Positions 1 through 12,180 of a stretch of DNA of 41,740 nt are shown piece after piece. The notes under the pieces were generated by a model. That model saw nothing but the letters and a program-made list of their open reading frames with translations, was not told the origin of the DNA and did no database searches. Each line of letters begins with the position of its first letter. The stretch's first letter is position 1. Source of the stretch: Octopus bimaculoides (lineage: Eukaryota); assembly GCF_001194135.2 (NCBI RefSeq), contig NC_069005.1:2855485-2897224 (forward strand), in the 5' to 3' direction. Made by a program: the position numbers and the translations under genes.

Positions 1-34
<34 letters not shown>

Positions 35-71
35 AAGATAGGTAGATGATAGATAGATAGATAGATAGATA
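1..71. repeat. Compound (TA)n/(GA)n/(GATA)n microsatellite
   Basis: Directly visible perfect dinucleotide and tetranucleotide runs. Confidence 0.95.
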
Positions 72-1378
72 TACGTATATTTATATACATGCATACGCAA
101 CCACATGCACACATACACAAATGTATATGTGTGTATATGTATATGTTCGGTTGTTGGTAGGAGTAGCAAAATATATACTACATCCAGTGAATGTGGAATA
201 TTATTTAATATGTACAATACTTAAATAACAGCTCCTTTAATTTTTTGCTATGGAAACAACGAACCGATAAGTTCGTATATCATGCTGTGTGTTGAGTCCT
301 TTAGGCTTAAATCTACAACATGGTAGATGTAATTTGAAAACAAAATGAGGAAGGGCGCTGGTCTCTCAGAAAAGACAAGAAACGAGAGACTAATGTGAGT
401 GCATGTAATGGATTTAAGAATTACATTGTTTAAAGACAATGTCTTTTAGAAATATTGCAGAAATACGTACAAAAACCAAGGTCAAGTCGGTGATATCGTT
501 ATTGTGTACAATTAATATAGAAGGAGAAAAACGGACTTACTAAAGTAAAAACAGATTTGCACTTCCGTTATGCATACATTCAAAACTGGTTGACAAAATA
601 CACGAGTCGTCAAGGTCACACAGGAGTAAACTTACTGCACCTATTGCAACGCCAATCGAATTGCAGGTTCGTTATCAGGTGACGGGTAGACAAATAGCAA
701 CAGATGGCTTGTGGTTCACTCCAACTCTTTCCAATATGTCTTTTATTGATGAATAGGAGTGTTACATCATGCAAAAGGAGAAGAAAAAAAAAGTTTTCAT
801 CAGGTGGATACTTCTGCCTGTGCTTGCCGCCCACCATTGTCTGACAAACGATGTTGTTCTGTAACCTAGCAAGTCCGCAGTGAAATTATTGAAACGAATA
901 AAAGATAAAAAGTAAAAGATATATGGATATAAAATCACATACTACGACGTGCAAAGAGAGAATAGTATTTACTATTTATAATACATAAAAGCATCAATAA
1001 TTGCTAGACGTAAAAGTAAACAAGCCAAAATGGCCATTAATGCAAGTAATGGAATTGCTAATATAAATGTTAATAATTTTTAACATAAGTAAATTTAGAC
1101 TGAAGTATGTCACTATCAGATACGAATTATTATTCTATAAATTTCGTTGAGCAAATAAAAGAAAGTTATATAAGTTAATAAGTAGATATAAGGCAATTAA
1201 TATTTATAATGAATGTAATAAATGGAAGAAATAGAAGAAAATAGATTAATTTTATTTTGTAAAGCTAAAATATAATATTCGTAAGATAAGAATAAATGTA
1301 GAAATATAAATAAACTGGTGCAAGAAATGAATAGAAGGAGATGAATAAGCAAATAGTGCTTTTATTTATATTTCTTGT

Positions 1379-1674
1379 CTTTTGCTTCTTTCAGTTGTTA
1401 GTATGCGGCCATGCTGGGATACTACTTTCAACCGCCTGCAGAAAGTTAGGTACTTATTTTATAAAGCACGGTGCTTAATATATCTTTCTATGTTATCCAA
1501 CCGCTAGGTCAAGGGTCTTAAACATACATACATAAGTTTTCAAGCGAAGATAGAAAACAAACACATACACACACGTGAACAAAAGCACACACACACACAC
1601 ACACACATAAGTGAAAAAACAATTCACGCGCCCACGCACACATACAAATCACACACACACACATACACACACAG

Positions 1675-1725
<51 letters not shown>
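1379..1725 (-). mobile_element. Degenerate SINE group B copy (3' part), running into its internal (CA)n/(TA)n microsatellite
   Basis: TGCGGCCATGCTGGGATAC, TACTTAT, AACCGCTAGGT and TCAAGCGA match the reverse complement of the group B 3' half at 15030-15198 and 29000-29180 in the same order, followed by the CA/TA run. Confidence 0.65.
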
Positions 1726-1842
1726 ATTATAAAATCTGGTAATTAATCATATATTAATTAATATCGATTAATTATCAGGAGACCATCACATCTAAAGAAT
1801 CAAAGAGATTCAAAAATATTATCTGCAATCTCAGGGGATTAA
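1726..1842 (+). repeat. 117-bp direct repeat, copy 1
   Basis: Ungapped match to 2280-2396 (offset 554) with 4 substitutions. Confidence 0.95.
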
Positions 1843-2279
1843 GGTACATTTAAAAAAAAATAACGTCGACAACTAACTTGGACAATTAATGCGCTAGAAA
1901 TAGATCACATCTTCTGTCTATTAAGACCTAAATTGTTCTCAACATGAAATATAGCAGCATACCAAAACGTGAGCGGACAAGACATTTAAAATCACCTAAA
2001 AAAGCATTCTTAAACAGGAACCGGTTTCGGATTTAACAAATTCTTACCATTTGTCTATTCCTCTTCAGCCTGATTTGTAATGTAACCGCAATCATCAGAA
2101 TCGTATACAGAGTTGCTCACCGCCATGGGTGCGCGTGCATATGGTTCTGCTAATTACAGCTTAATGGTAAAATTCAAAAGTCTTCGTTTTGGCGCGCTAA
2201 TTCCAGGAATATATCTGCAGAAAATATTTACTGCGTCGTATATATTCAGTATGAGAACATGGGTAATGGGTAAAATATT

Positions 2280-2396
2280 ATTATAAAATCTGGTAATTAA
2301 TCATATATTAATTAATATCGATTAATTATCAGGAGGCCAGCACATCTAAAGAATCAAAGAGATTCAGAAATAGTATCTGCAATCTCAGGGGATTAA
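2280..2396 (+). repeat. 117-bp direct repeat, copy 2
   Basis: Ungapped match to 1726-1842 with 4 substitutions. Confidence 0.95.
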
Positions 2397-2816
2397 TATA
2401 TACTTTAAATGATACATAGAAGCGGCAAGGGGCCCTGGCGAGAAATTTAAACATGCTATTTCGAATTTAGCTTCTATAGGTCGGATTGGGGAAGCGACGG
2501 ACTCCAGTTTATAGTGTGCGATTGATTTAATTTCTCTATATTTCATTTTCGTCTCTATCACCCGGTAATCTTTTAAATCGACCCCTTCAGGTCGAGATTT
2601 AGATTTACAAAATAACACTCATTGCGATGGGTTAAAAATGCTTGACGAATATGTGTAGTGCTAGTGCATTTCAGTATGTATTCTTCTCTGTCACTTTCTT
2701 TCACTCTATCTCTCTTTCTCACTCTCATTATAAATATATATATATTTCTTTTTACTTGTATTCTTCTATGAAAGCATATATGCACACACACACACGTACG
2801 CACTCATACACACACA

Positions 2817-3592
2817 NNNNNNNNNNNNNNNNNNNNNNNNNNNNNNNNNNNNNNNNNNNNNNNNNNNNNNNNNNNNNNNNNNNNNNNNNNNNNNNNNNNN
2901 NNNNNNNNNNNNNNNNNNNNNNNNNNNNNNNNNNNNNNNNNNNNNNNNNNNNNNNNNNNNNNNNNNNNNNNNNNNNNNNNNNNNNNNNNNNNNNNNNNNN
3001 NNNNNNNNNNNNNNNNNNNNNNNNNNNNNNNNNNNNNNNNNNNNNNNNNNNNNNNNNNNNNNNNNNNNNNNNNNNNNNNNNNNNNNNNNNNNNNNNNNNN
3101 NNNNNNNNNNNNNNNNNNNNNNNNNNNNNNNNNNNNNNNNNNNNNNNNNNNNNNNNNNNNNNNNNNNNNNNNNNNNNNNNNNNNNNNNNNNNNNNNNNNN
3201 NNNNNNNNNNNNNNNNNNNNNNNNNNNNNNNNNNNNNNNNNNNNNNNNNNNNNNNNNNNNNNNNNNNNNNNNNNNNNNNNNNNNNNNNNNNNNNNNNNNN
3301 NNNNNNNNNNNNNNNNNNNNNNNNNNNNNNNNNNNNNNNNNNNNNNNNNNNNNNNNNNNNNNNNNNNNNNNNNNNNNNNNNNNNNNNNNNNNNNNNNNNN
3401 NNNNNNNNNNNNNNNNNNNNNNNNNNNNNNNNNNNNNNNNNNNNNNNNNNNNNNNNNNNNNNNNNNNNNNNNNNNNNNNNNNNNNNNNNNNNNNNNNNNN
3501 NNNNNNNNNNNNNNNNNNNNNNNNNNNNNNNNNNNNNNNNNNNNNNNNNNNNNNNNNNNNNNNNNNNNNNNNNNNNNNNNNNNNNNNNNNNN
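2817..3592. other. Assembly gap. Further gaps: 9060-9536, 12181-12855, 14188-14528, 16246-16502, 17014-17699, 18558-18743, 20481-20739, 23263-23588, 28744-28978, 30286-30454, 35425-35434, 36428-36607, 39784-40033, 41253-41312
   Basis: N runs read directly from the sequence. Confidence 0.99.
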
Positions 3593-3656
3593 TATATATA
3601 TATATATACATATATACGAATATATATACGTATATATTTACACACGCACACACACG

Positions 3657-3697
<41 letters not shown>

Positions 3698-3753
3698 CCT
3701 GAGAATACACTTCTTTATATTTGTTTTTCCTACCTCATTCTCTTTCCTTTCAG

Positions 3754-3959
3754 CCCCAACTCCTACCCCCTCCTCATTGGCTAAAAGCAATATCTCACAC
3801 CCCGGACCACTTTCTCCACCACTACCTCCACTATCGTCGCTACAGACTAAATCTCTTCGTCCGTCACCACCTGTTTCACCGCCTTCCCTGTCTAAATCAA
3901 GCAATTATCCTGATCGATACGACCAAGTCGTTCCAAATTTAGAGTCGAAACGTCTATAA
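3754..3959 (+). CDS. Possible Pro/Ser-rich terminal coding exon, product unknown
   Basis: Pyrimidine-rich acceptor TCTCTTTCCTTTCAG at 3739-3753, then an open frame PTPTPSSLAKSNISHPGPLSPPLPP...ESKRL to TAA. No recognisable homology; may be degenerate CCA/CCT low-complexity DNA. Confidence 0.18.
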
Positions 3960-4195
3960 GTTATCTCTATCAAAGACAAGTCTTTCAGATTTATGACGAT
4001 GCCCAACGGGGAGCTATATAATACCTAATCTATCAGGAGTGTCTCTTAAGATCAATACGGTAGACATTTATGAGCTGACATAACCGTACCTCTGTTACTT
4101 CTTAACCGCCAGCCAACCCACGTGTTTCACTGTTCCCATTATCAAACAAGGAGGTAAAACAAGACAAAAGATAAAACAAAACAAAACAAAACAAA

Positions 4196-4358
<163 letters not shown>

Positions 4359-4504
4359 ATGAAAAAGAAATAGAAGAAACGAAAATTCTGCCCTGTTCTA
4401 AAGACATTCAATACAATAATAATGGCAACATATGTAGTAATATAGAGACTAAGAAAGAGAAAGAGAAAGATTAAGAACGAGATACAGAAAACGATATATA
4501 TATA

Positions 4505-4585
4505 TATAAAGAGAAAAAGAGGGGGAGATAGAGAGGAGAGAGAGCGAGAGAGAGAGAGAGAGAGAGAGAGAGCCAGATAGAGAGA
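4505..4585. repeat. (GA)n-rich microsatellite
   Basis: Directly visible. Confidence 0.9.
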
Positions 4586-5269
4586 GTCAGTGGGAAGGCT
4601 CTGCTGTTTCTCTGAGACGCATTTATATATTTATTTCAAGCGGTAATCTGCTCTTGTTTTTTCTATTGATGCAATTCGTTACTATGAACTAAATTCGGAT
4701 AAACGTTAGATGCAGGTATAGCCCAGCAGTTAACGTTGTGGTTATAGTTTCGATTTCATTTTGCGGATTATTATTGCGCAGGAAAATATTCACTAAATTA
4801 TGCGACGACAATATAATTACGTGAGAAATCGCACAAACGGAAAATGTGTGATGGAATGTCTCATGGAGCTGTTGTACCTATACTTCTTAAGGATCCAGGC
4901 TCACTACCTGTGTCACATTCATCGATGGAATACTCACTAACATTTTACCAGAAATCAGAGTGATTAGATCGATAAAATGGAAAACTCGTTATCCTAAACG
5001 ACGTTATCGCTTTATTTTTATCAGGCAAAATATTGTTAAATCCGGAGTGGGTTAGTGTGGGTTTAGCATTTTGTTTACAGCGAGTATTTTTGTCGTTGAC
5101 GAAATGCAGTGAACGACTGTCTTACGGATTCAAATATTTTTGAAGCATATTTGAAATTGTAACAAGCTCATCTTCGTATATATCACTGTTTAGCGCTTTT
5201 ATACGGCCGGTCCTCTGCTTTAGCACAACCTGTCACTGTTTTTTGCGTGTCGCTCCTAGTCAGCCGAGG

Positions 5270-5369
5270 TGTCTGTGTCTGTCTCTCTATCTCTGTTTCT
5301 GTCTTTCTGTCTGTCTGTTAGTATATCTGTCTGCCTGTCAGTCTGTCTATCTGTCTTTCTCTTTCTCTT

Positions 5370-5444
<75 letters not shown>

Positions 5445-5480
5445 CTCTCTCTCTCTCTCTCTCTACCTATCTATCTACCT
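5270..5480. repeat. Compound (CTGT)n/(CT)n microsatellite
   Basis: Directly visible. Confidence 0.92.
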
Positions 5481-5514
5481 TTCCGGTGTGCAGAATGCAT
5501 GTATACATCGATCC

Positions 5515-5620
5515 GGTGCCCCGTCTACAGGGCGCACCGGCTACAGCGTGCCCCGGCTATAGGATGCACCAGCTACAGGGTACGGCGGCCACTGGATGCC
5601 CCGTCGATATGGTGCCCCGC
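5515..5620 (+). repeat. GC-rich 16-bp minisatellite, ~6.6 units, consensus about GGTGCCCCGGCTACAG
   Basis: Units GGTGCCCCGTCTACAG / GGCGCACCGGCTACAG / CGTGCCCCGGCTATAG / GATGCACCAGCTACAG / GGTACGGCGGCCACTG / GATGCCCCGTCGATAT / GGTGCCCCGC keep an exact 16-bp period. Confidence 0.9.
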
Positions 5621-5891
5621 TTTGAGTGTTTACTAAATGTTATCTAACGCCAGAATTTTTCTTTATGACAAAATGCAGCGGAGACATCTTCGATATGGTA
5701 ACAAGTTCACAACATGTTCTTAGCATAGCTATAAGTTTTGCAGTTGTTGCTGTATTTGTTTTTATTGTTGGCGTTATTAAGTCCAAGTCGAAGAATTCAT
5801 TACTCAACTCTATTCTATTAATCCTATTTAAGGACTCTCCTACCATGACCAACACATTATTATTGAGCAACAAAAAAATAATAAAGACAAA

Positions 5892-6045
5892 AGCAGCGAG
5901 CTGGCTGAATCGTTAGCACGCCGGATGAGATGATTACCGGTATTTCGTATGCCGCTCCGTCAATAAAGTAAGTAGCAGTTGTACACTGGGGTCGTTGTAA
6001 TCGGCTCATCCACTAGCTGCCCTTGGTGCAAAAATTTGAAATAAT
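5892..6045 (+). mobile_element. SINE group A copy with internal deletion
   Basis: Head GCAGCGAGCTGGCTGAATCGTTAGCACGCCGG...GGTATTTCG and tail AAGTAGCAGTTG..CACTGGGGTCG match copies at 22645-22846 and 24317-24530. Confidence 0.8.
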
Positions 6046-6137
6046 TATAATTGAGCCTGAATTTATTACTGAAAATAACGCAGTATAAACAACGTGAACG
6101 CTCAAATTCTCCTTTATAATTTGTTTTTACATATTTC

Positions 6138-6320
6138 AATCATTCGACTTCGGCCGTGCTTTAGCACCACCTTCAAGAATTTATCCGAGCAAACTGACCC
6201 CGGTATTTATTTTTTAACGCGGGGTTTTATACTAACTAACCGCTGCATTACGGGAATGTAATTGAAGAAACACCGGTTCTCAAGCCGAGGTCAGGAACGA
6301 ATACAAGCACAGAGGAAAAA
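6138..6320 (-). mobile_element. Degenerate SINE group B 3' fragment
   Basis: CATTCGACTTCGGCCGTGCTTTAGCACCACC...CGAGCAAACTGACCCCGG...AACCGCTGCATTACGGG matches the reverse complement of 15060-15190. Confidence 0.7.
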
Positions 6321-6649
6321 TCCTTTATCTTGCACACATGTTGATGTCCATTATACGGAAAACAAATATTTATATACAAGTTATAAATGAATTAAATTGA
6401 AAACCAGGAAAAAATAATAAAAAAAGCCCAAAACAACACATAAATCTATTTCCCATTTCATTTCATTTCGTTGAAAAATAAGAAGAAATTCATGCGAATG
6501 TGAGGAATTATCCGTCCGTTCGATTACATTCAATGAATCTAATAAGGTGTAAAAAAAAATGAATATGTTTATTATTGAACATTTTAACAAATCGGACGAA
6601 CTGAACAAAAACAAAATGCTAAAAAATGGAAAATATGAAAAAAAAAATC

Positions 6650-6707
6650 ACATACGGACACGCACACACACGGATACACACATATACACATATATAGGTG
6701 CATACAA

Positions 6708-6762
<55 letters not shown>

Positions 6763-7080
6763 TATATAAGTGTATATGTATATATATATATGCATATATT
6801 TATATGTATATGTATATATATATATACATATATCTATGCATTCATATATCTATATGTATGTATATATATATGTGTGTGTGAGTGTGTATGTACGCATATA
6901 TATGTATGTACGTGTATATATATATACATATATGTTCATACACATAAATATGTATATATATATGTATATATATATATACATATAAATATATATATATTTA
7001 TATATGTGTATATGTATACAGCATACATATATGCAAATGTGCATACATACACATCTACCACACATACTACATACATGAGA
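6650..7080. repeat. Compound (CA)/(TA)/(TG) microsatellite tract
   Basis: Directly visible; source of the IYIY/HTHT ORFs. Confidence 0.93.
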
Positions 7081-7806
7081 ATATGTTCCTCTCGATGGCC
7101 TTTGATTGGTTATTCGATCTAGTGAGTCCAGTAACATATTCCGCCTTATCATCGATTCACATGAATATATCAAACGATTGTGCTTCAGAGAATTTCTACA
7201 AGAACAGAAAAAGAAGAATAAAAACGTATAAATATAGGGGGGAAAATAATAGAAACTTCGACCCAAAATTAAGAAGATCTATATACATTCATTATAATTA
7301 CGAATTTGCCAAAAATTATGTGGTTCCATTGCGTTTCATGATTCAGTCTTTTCTATTTTTTTATTAATTTTGTTTGTTTTCTCTTCAGGTTTTTTTTGTT
7401 GTTTCAATTTTGCTTTTGCAATTTTTTATTCTTGTATGAATGTTTTTTTTTCATTCTCGTCTTTTGTATTGTTTCAGTTTTGGACGCTGATTTGAATATG
7501 GAGGGTTGTAGGAGATGTAAATTGGTATATTCTGATATTCCACAAAGGAGAATAGTTTATTTGTCCAGTCCACCAGGGTATAGATTATGAGTTCTATTTC
7601 ACCTGATGAGAGTCCTTGATCTTGTTCTTGTTTGTGTTTGCTGATGAGAATCAGAGTTATTCCCTGGACGATCCTTGTGAAGCACGACAATTATCGATCT
7701 GCCAAGAACAAATACGCCCCCACACATCCATGTCTTAATATACATCGCTTCTCTGTGTGTATATATATCCTAGACAACAGCCACTGTCTTTATATGATGC
7801 TAAGTA

Positions 7807-8024
7807 CAGTAATCCCTCGCCATTTCGCGGTTCACCTATCACGGTTTATTATTTAAGCTTACCCCGATTCCTCGGTGGTGTTATTTTGCATCTATAATAA
7901 AATAAATATATACAAATTATAAAAATTATTAAAAAAAATGTAAAGTACATTTTCTACTTTACGGATTATCACCTATGGCAGGGTGTTTTGGAAGGTAACA
8001 CTTACGATAGTCGAGGGATTACTG
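7807..8024. mobile_element. 218-bp non-autonomous DNA transposon (MITE), Tc1/mariner superfamily, pogo/Tigger-like
   Basis: Perfect 13-bp TIRs CAGTAATCCCTCG (7807-7819) and CGAGGGATTACTG (8012-8024), each flanked by TA (7805-7806, 8025-8026). TA TSD and CAGT termini are typical of pogo/Tigger elements. Confidence 0.85.
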
Positions 8025-8768
8025 TAATAGCTTTTGGAATGCGAAAACCTTTAAGATAACTGAAACGTGGCCTATACAACGCAGTGATTGCAGCATTTAA
8101 ACCATTCCACGATCACATGGTTTATTTCAGTCGTTTCAAACAAAATGGATGTTTTACAGAGTCTGTAATACATTTTTAAGTATCTCCTGTAGGTACGATT
8201 TTCATATCCATCACTAAAAGTATTTTATTCTTGCTCTGTCTAATGATATTTGACGATATACCTGAAAAGAATTCAGAAAATCACAAAATCGTGTTTTTCT
8301 AAAAAAGTCTCACTGGGATTTGTCCACTTCTCGCAGAATAAAGAAATGTTTTTTACCCACCAAATCTGAAGGGAAAAAACTGTTCTCCGCAGCTTACGGT
8401 AATCCAAATTTGAGTGGATATATCCGCTTTTTACGCTTTTGAAATTGTCAAGAATTCTTGTCAATTATACAACCATATAACCCACGCTCACGTGATATTG
8501 ATACGTTGTACACACAAACAAGACCTCAGTTTATAACTGGTGTTCGATTCCTTCAAATTCAAAGTCAGATGAAACAAATCTCAACACAAATTTTGGGAAT
8601 GCTGCCACCATTTTTCTTCTAAAGATACATCTTATATTCTACAGAAATGTATCGAGACACCTCTATCAGTTAAATATCGATTGCTTTTATATTGATCATG
8701 CATAAAACACACACGTGCATACATATATTTATGTATTCCAGTATCTATTCGTATATATATATATATGT

Positions 8769-8819
<51 letters not shown>

Positions 8820-9028
8820 AGCGTGTGTTCAGCGTTCGGGATCGTGTATTTCGGCGCATGATCGCCTGTCTTTGTATTATAGTTCTATGTTAAGCTATGC
8901 AAATCTGTAACGAACTAAAGATTCCCTTTACAAATCGCTACAGAACACATACACACACACACACACAGAGGCACACCACACAGACACAGACACACATACA
9001 CAGAAGTATTATATATATATATGTGTGT

Positions 9029-9059
<31 letters not shown>

Positions 9060-9536
9060 NNNNNNNNNNNNNNNNNNNNNNNNNNNNNNNNNNNNNNNNN
9101 NNNNNNNNNNNNNNNNNNNNNNNNNNNNNNNNNNNNNNNNNNNNNNNNNNNNNNNNNNNNNNNNNNNNNNNNNNNNNNNNNNNNNNNNNNNNNNNNNNNN
9201 NNNNNNNNNNNNNNNNNNNNNNNNNNNNNNNNNNNNNNNNNNNNNNNNNNNNNNNNNNNNNNNNNNNNNNNNNNNNNNNNNNNNNNNNNNNNNNNNNNNN
9301 NNNNNNNNNNNNNNNNNNNNNNNNNNNNNNNNNNNNNNNNNNNNNNNNNNNNNNNNNNNNNNNNNNNNNNNNNNNNNNNNNNNNNNNNNNNNNNNNNNNN
9401 NNNNNNNNNNNNNNNNNNNNNNNNNNNNNNNNNNNNNNNNNNNNNNNNNNNNNNNNNNNNNNNNNNNNNNNNNNNNNNNNNNNNNNNNNNNNNNNNNNNN
9501 NNNNNNNNNNNNNNNNNNNNNNNNNNNNNNNNNNNN

Positions 9537-9573
<37 letters not shown>

Positions 9574-10954
9574 ATAAATATGTATGTATATAAATTCATA
9601 TATGTATCCATTACAAATCTATATTGACCTACACCCTCAATATCCCCGCATACACATACATACGCGCGCACATATATTTTGGGGGAATTTGCCCCATTGA
9701 GCCCTTCAAAGCTGTGCTCCACTACGATTATAGTCCTATAAATGAAACAAAGTAAAATATATATACGTACATGTGCATAGGACACACACTTACGTGCGCA
9801 CACACATATATACATATATGTATGCATGTATGTGTGTACGTGTGCGTATAGATGTAATTGAAACGTATCTCTGTTAAGGTTTCACGTTACATAACGGACG
9901 TGATCTGAGTTTCATCATCATTTATATTCCACAATGTGGGCAGTGTTTCTGGTCTTTGAACATGGAGCTATTTCCTCTTGTTGATCAAATCCAGGCTCAG
10001 CTTTCATCCCAACAAAACCCAAATTACAGAGTTATCCTCTTTATTCAAAGGCTTCTCATAAGTTTCTTTTTCGAGCTCGTAATGTGTCGTTATCTCCAAG
10101 ACTCATCTACAATAATTACGCCCGCACCCATCTAAATATCCAAAACCTACATCAGTTGCCATCCAAGGCGCATACCAATCTTCGGAAATGCACAGCTGTT
10201 GCCAAACACCATATTCTGATATTTGACAAGATTTTCGGTTATATAAGGTGCGTTTTTTTTCCCCAAGAAACATACCTTAAAGAAATCACCCAGCGTCTCA
10301 TAAGCTGAAGGTCAGGCTGTGATTAGATTTTCGCAATTGTTAATTTTAATTCTACCGTAATGATCTGAAAATAAACAAAAAGTAACTAAAATTAACTAAA
10401 ATTATCTAGAAAAGAAAAAAACCCAAAAAGATTGCAAAATGATTCCAAAATAGAATTCTCGAAAAAAATAGATTCCAAAATTTTAAAACGCAATAAATTC
10501 CAAAATTTAAAAACACGGCGGGAACTTAGTTGCTAATCTACTATTTAAAAGGGTAGTGGAATAGCATGCAAGTATAGTGCCAGTACCAGCCGTAATCCAA
10601 AGCACTCCAATCGCTTCTAGACCTCTTCCTTTCTGAGCGTTTACATTCCTTGTTGTTGTCGCTTTCTACAGGAGCTTCTTCTAGATCGTGTTGAAGTCAT
10701 ATACGAAATCGACGAAGTTGTCACCTAAGGGTCTTGGAATACATTGCTACCTTTGACTGCTTCTGATTTTCCACTCTTTATGTTCTGAGTACTAATTCTG
10801 TGGAGTCAAGTACCAGTTACGTAATGGAGGTCCTTCTAATTGATTTATCCTATCCTCCTAAAACTGCTGGCCTTGCGCTAAAATTTGAAACTGATTTTCT
10901 CTTTCAATGTCAAACTATCGTCAACTGCTTCTCTTCTAAGAGCAAATCGATTCC

Positions 10955-10963
10955 CTCTCTGTC

Positions 10964-11002
<39 letters not shown>

Positions 11003-11019
11003 TTCTCTCTCTCTGTGCC

Positions 11020-11052
<33 letters not shown>

Positions 11053-11373
11053 GTCTCTCTCTCTGTGTCTCTCTGTCTGTCTCTCTGTCTGTCTCTCTCT
11101 CTGTCTGTCTCTCTCCCTCTCCCTCTCTCTGTGTGTCTCTCTATGTGTCTCTCTATGTGTCTCTCTCTCTGTCTCTCTCTGTGTCTCTCTCTGTCTCTCT
11201 CTCTGTGTCTCTCTCTCTGTCTCTCTCTCTGTCTCTCACTCTGTCTCTCTCTCCCTCTATGTCTCTGTCTCTCTCTTTCCCTTTCTATCTGTCAGTCTGT
11301 CTGTCTGTCTGTCTGTCTGTCTGCCTGTCTGTCTGTCTGTCTGTCTCTTTCTGTCTCTGTCTCTGTCTCTGTA

Positions 11374-11445
<72 letters not shown>

Positions 11446-11460
11446 TCTCCCTCTCTCCTT
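10955..11460. repeat. ~500-bp compound (CT)n/(CTGT)n polypyrimidine-rich microsatellite
   Basis: Directly visible; source of the SLSL/CLSV ORFs. Confidence 0.95.
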
Positions 11461-12133
11461 CTGGCGTCATATTTTCGGTTTTGCAATTCATTCTATGCAG
11501 AAGCATTCTACAAAACAAATTTCCGGTATTCTTCACAGAGAAATCAGTTTCCTTTATTTTTTTCCCGTCGCCATGGTTTCCATATTGGTGCTACCAGGAT
11601 ACGAGATGTGTCTTTCGGGATCTTGTCTATCTATCAATACTATATCGATCATATGCTTCTCTGACATTTTGTTATACAGAGTAGCGCTTATAGCATTTAT
11701 CCCGTGAGGTTCACTCTTTTGTGTGCTTGCATTGTCGTTTTTACTTCCACCAGGCTCCGAGCAAAGACCAGGCTGGTACACCACAATATATGCTGGGGCA
11801 ATTCTTTCCTTATAACTTCCTGAGAATGTACTCTGCAGACAGCTAAAGCTTCCTGTATATATGCAGTGCTTGTGGTATACACAGAAATTTAGCTTCGCGT
11901 TGTTCTAATTTATACAGCGAGTATTTATGTATTAAAGAATCACAAATGTAATATAACTTATACTAACTGCTTTAAATTCTATTGTACTCCCACCGTTTGT
12001 CTGTCTGTCTTTCTGTGTATAACGAAAACTGCATACGCAATGACGCAAAATCATTATTAATTACATGTTTAATACTATTAATAACAGCAATAATTCTTAC
12101 ATACACACACACGCATATAAATGTATGTATTTT

Positions 12134-12180
<47 letters not shown>

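Noticed and set aside
2069-2152. Plus-strand acceptor followed by LICNVTAIIRIVYRVAHRHG, reminiscent of a GPCR TM5
   Set aside because: Stop after 27 codons, only a poor donor (GTGCGC), and no other GPCR segments in the right order.
10800-11684. 294-aa ORF, the longest gap-free ORF
   Set aside because: The core is the (CT)/(CTGT) tract; overlapping frames are also open; the flanks show no protein signature.
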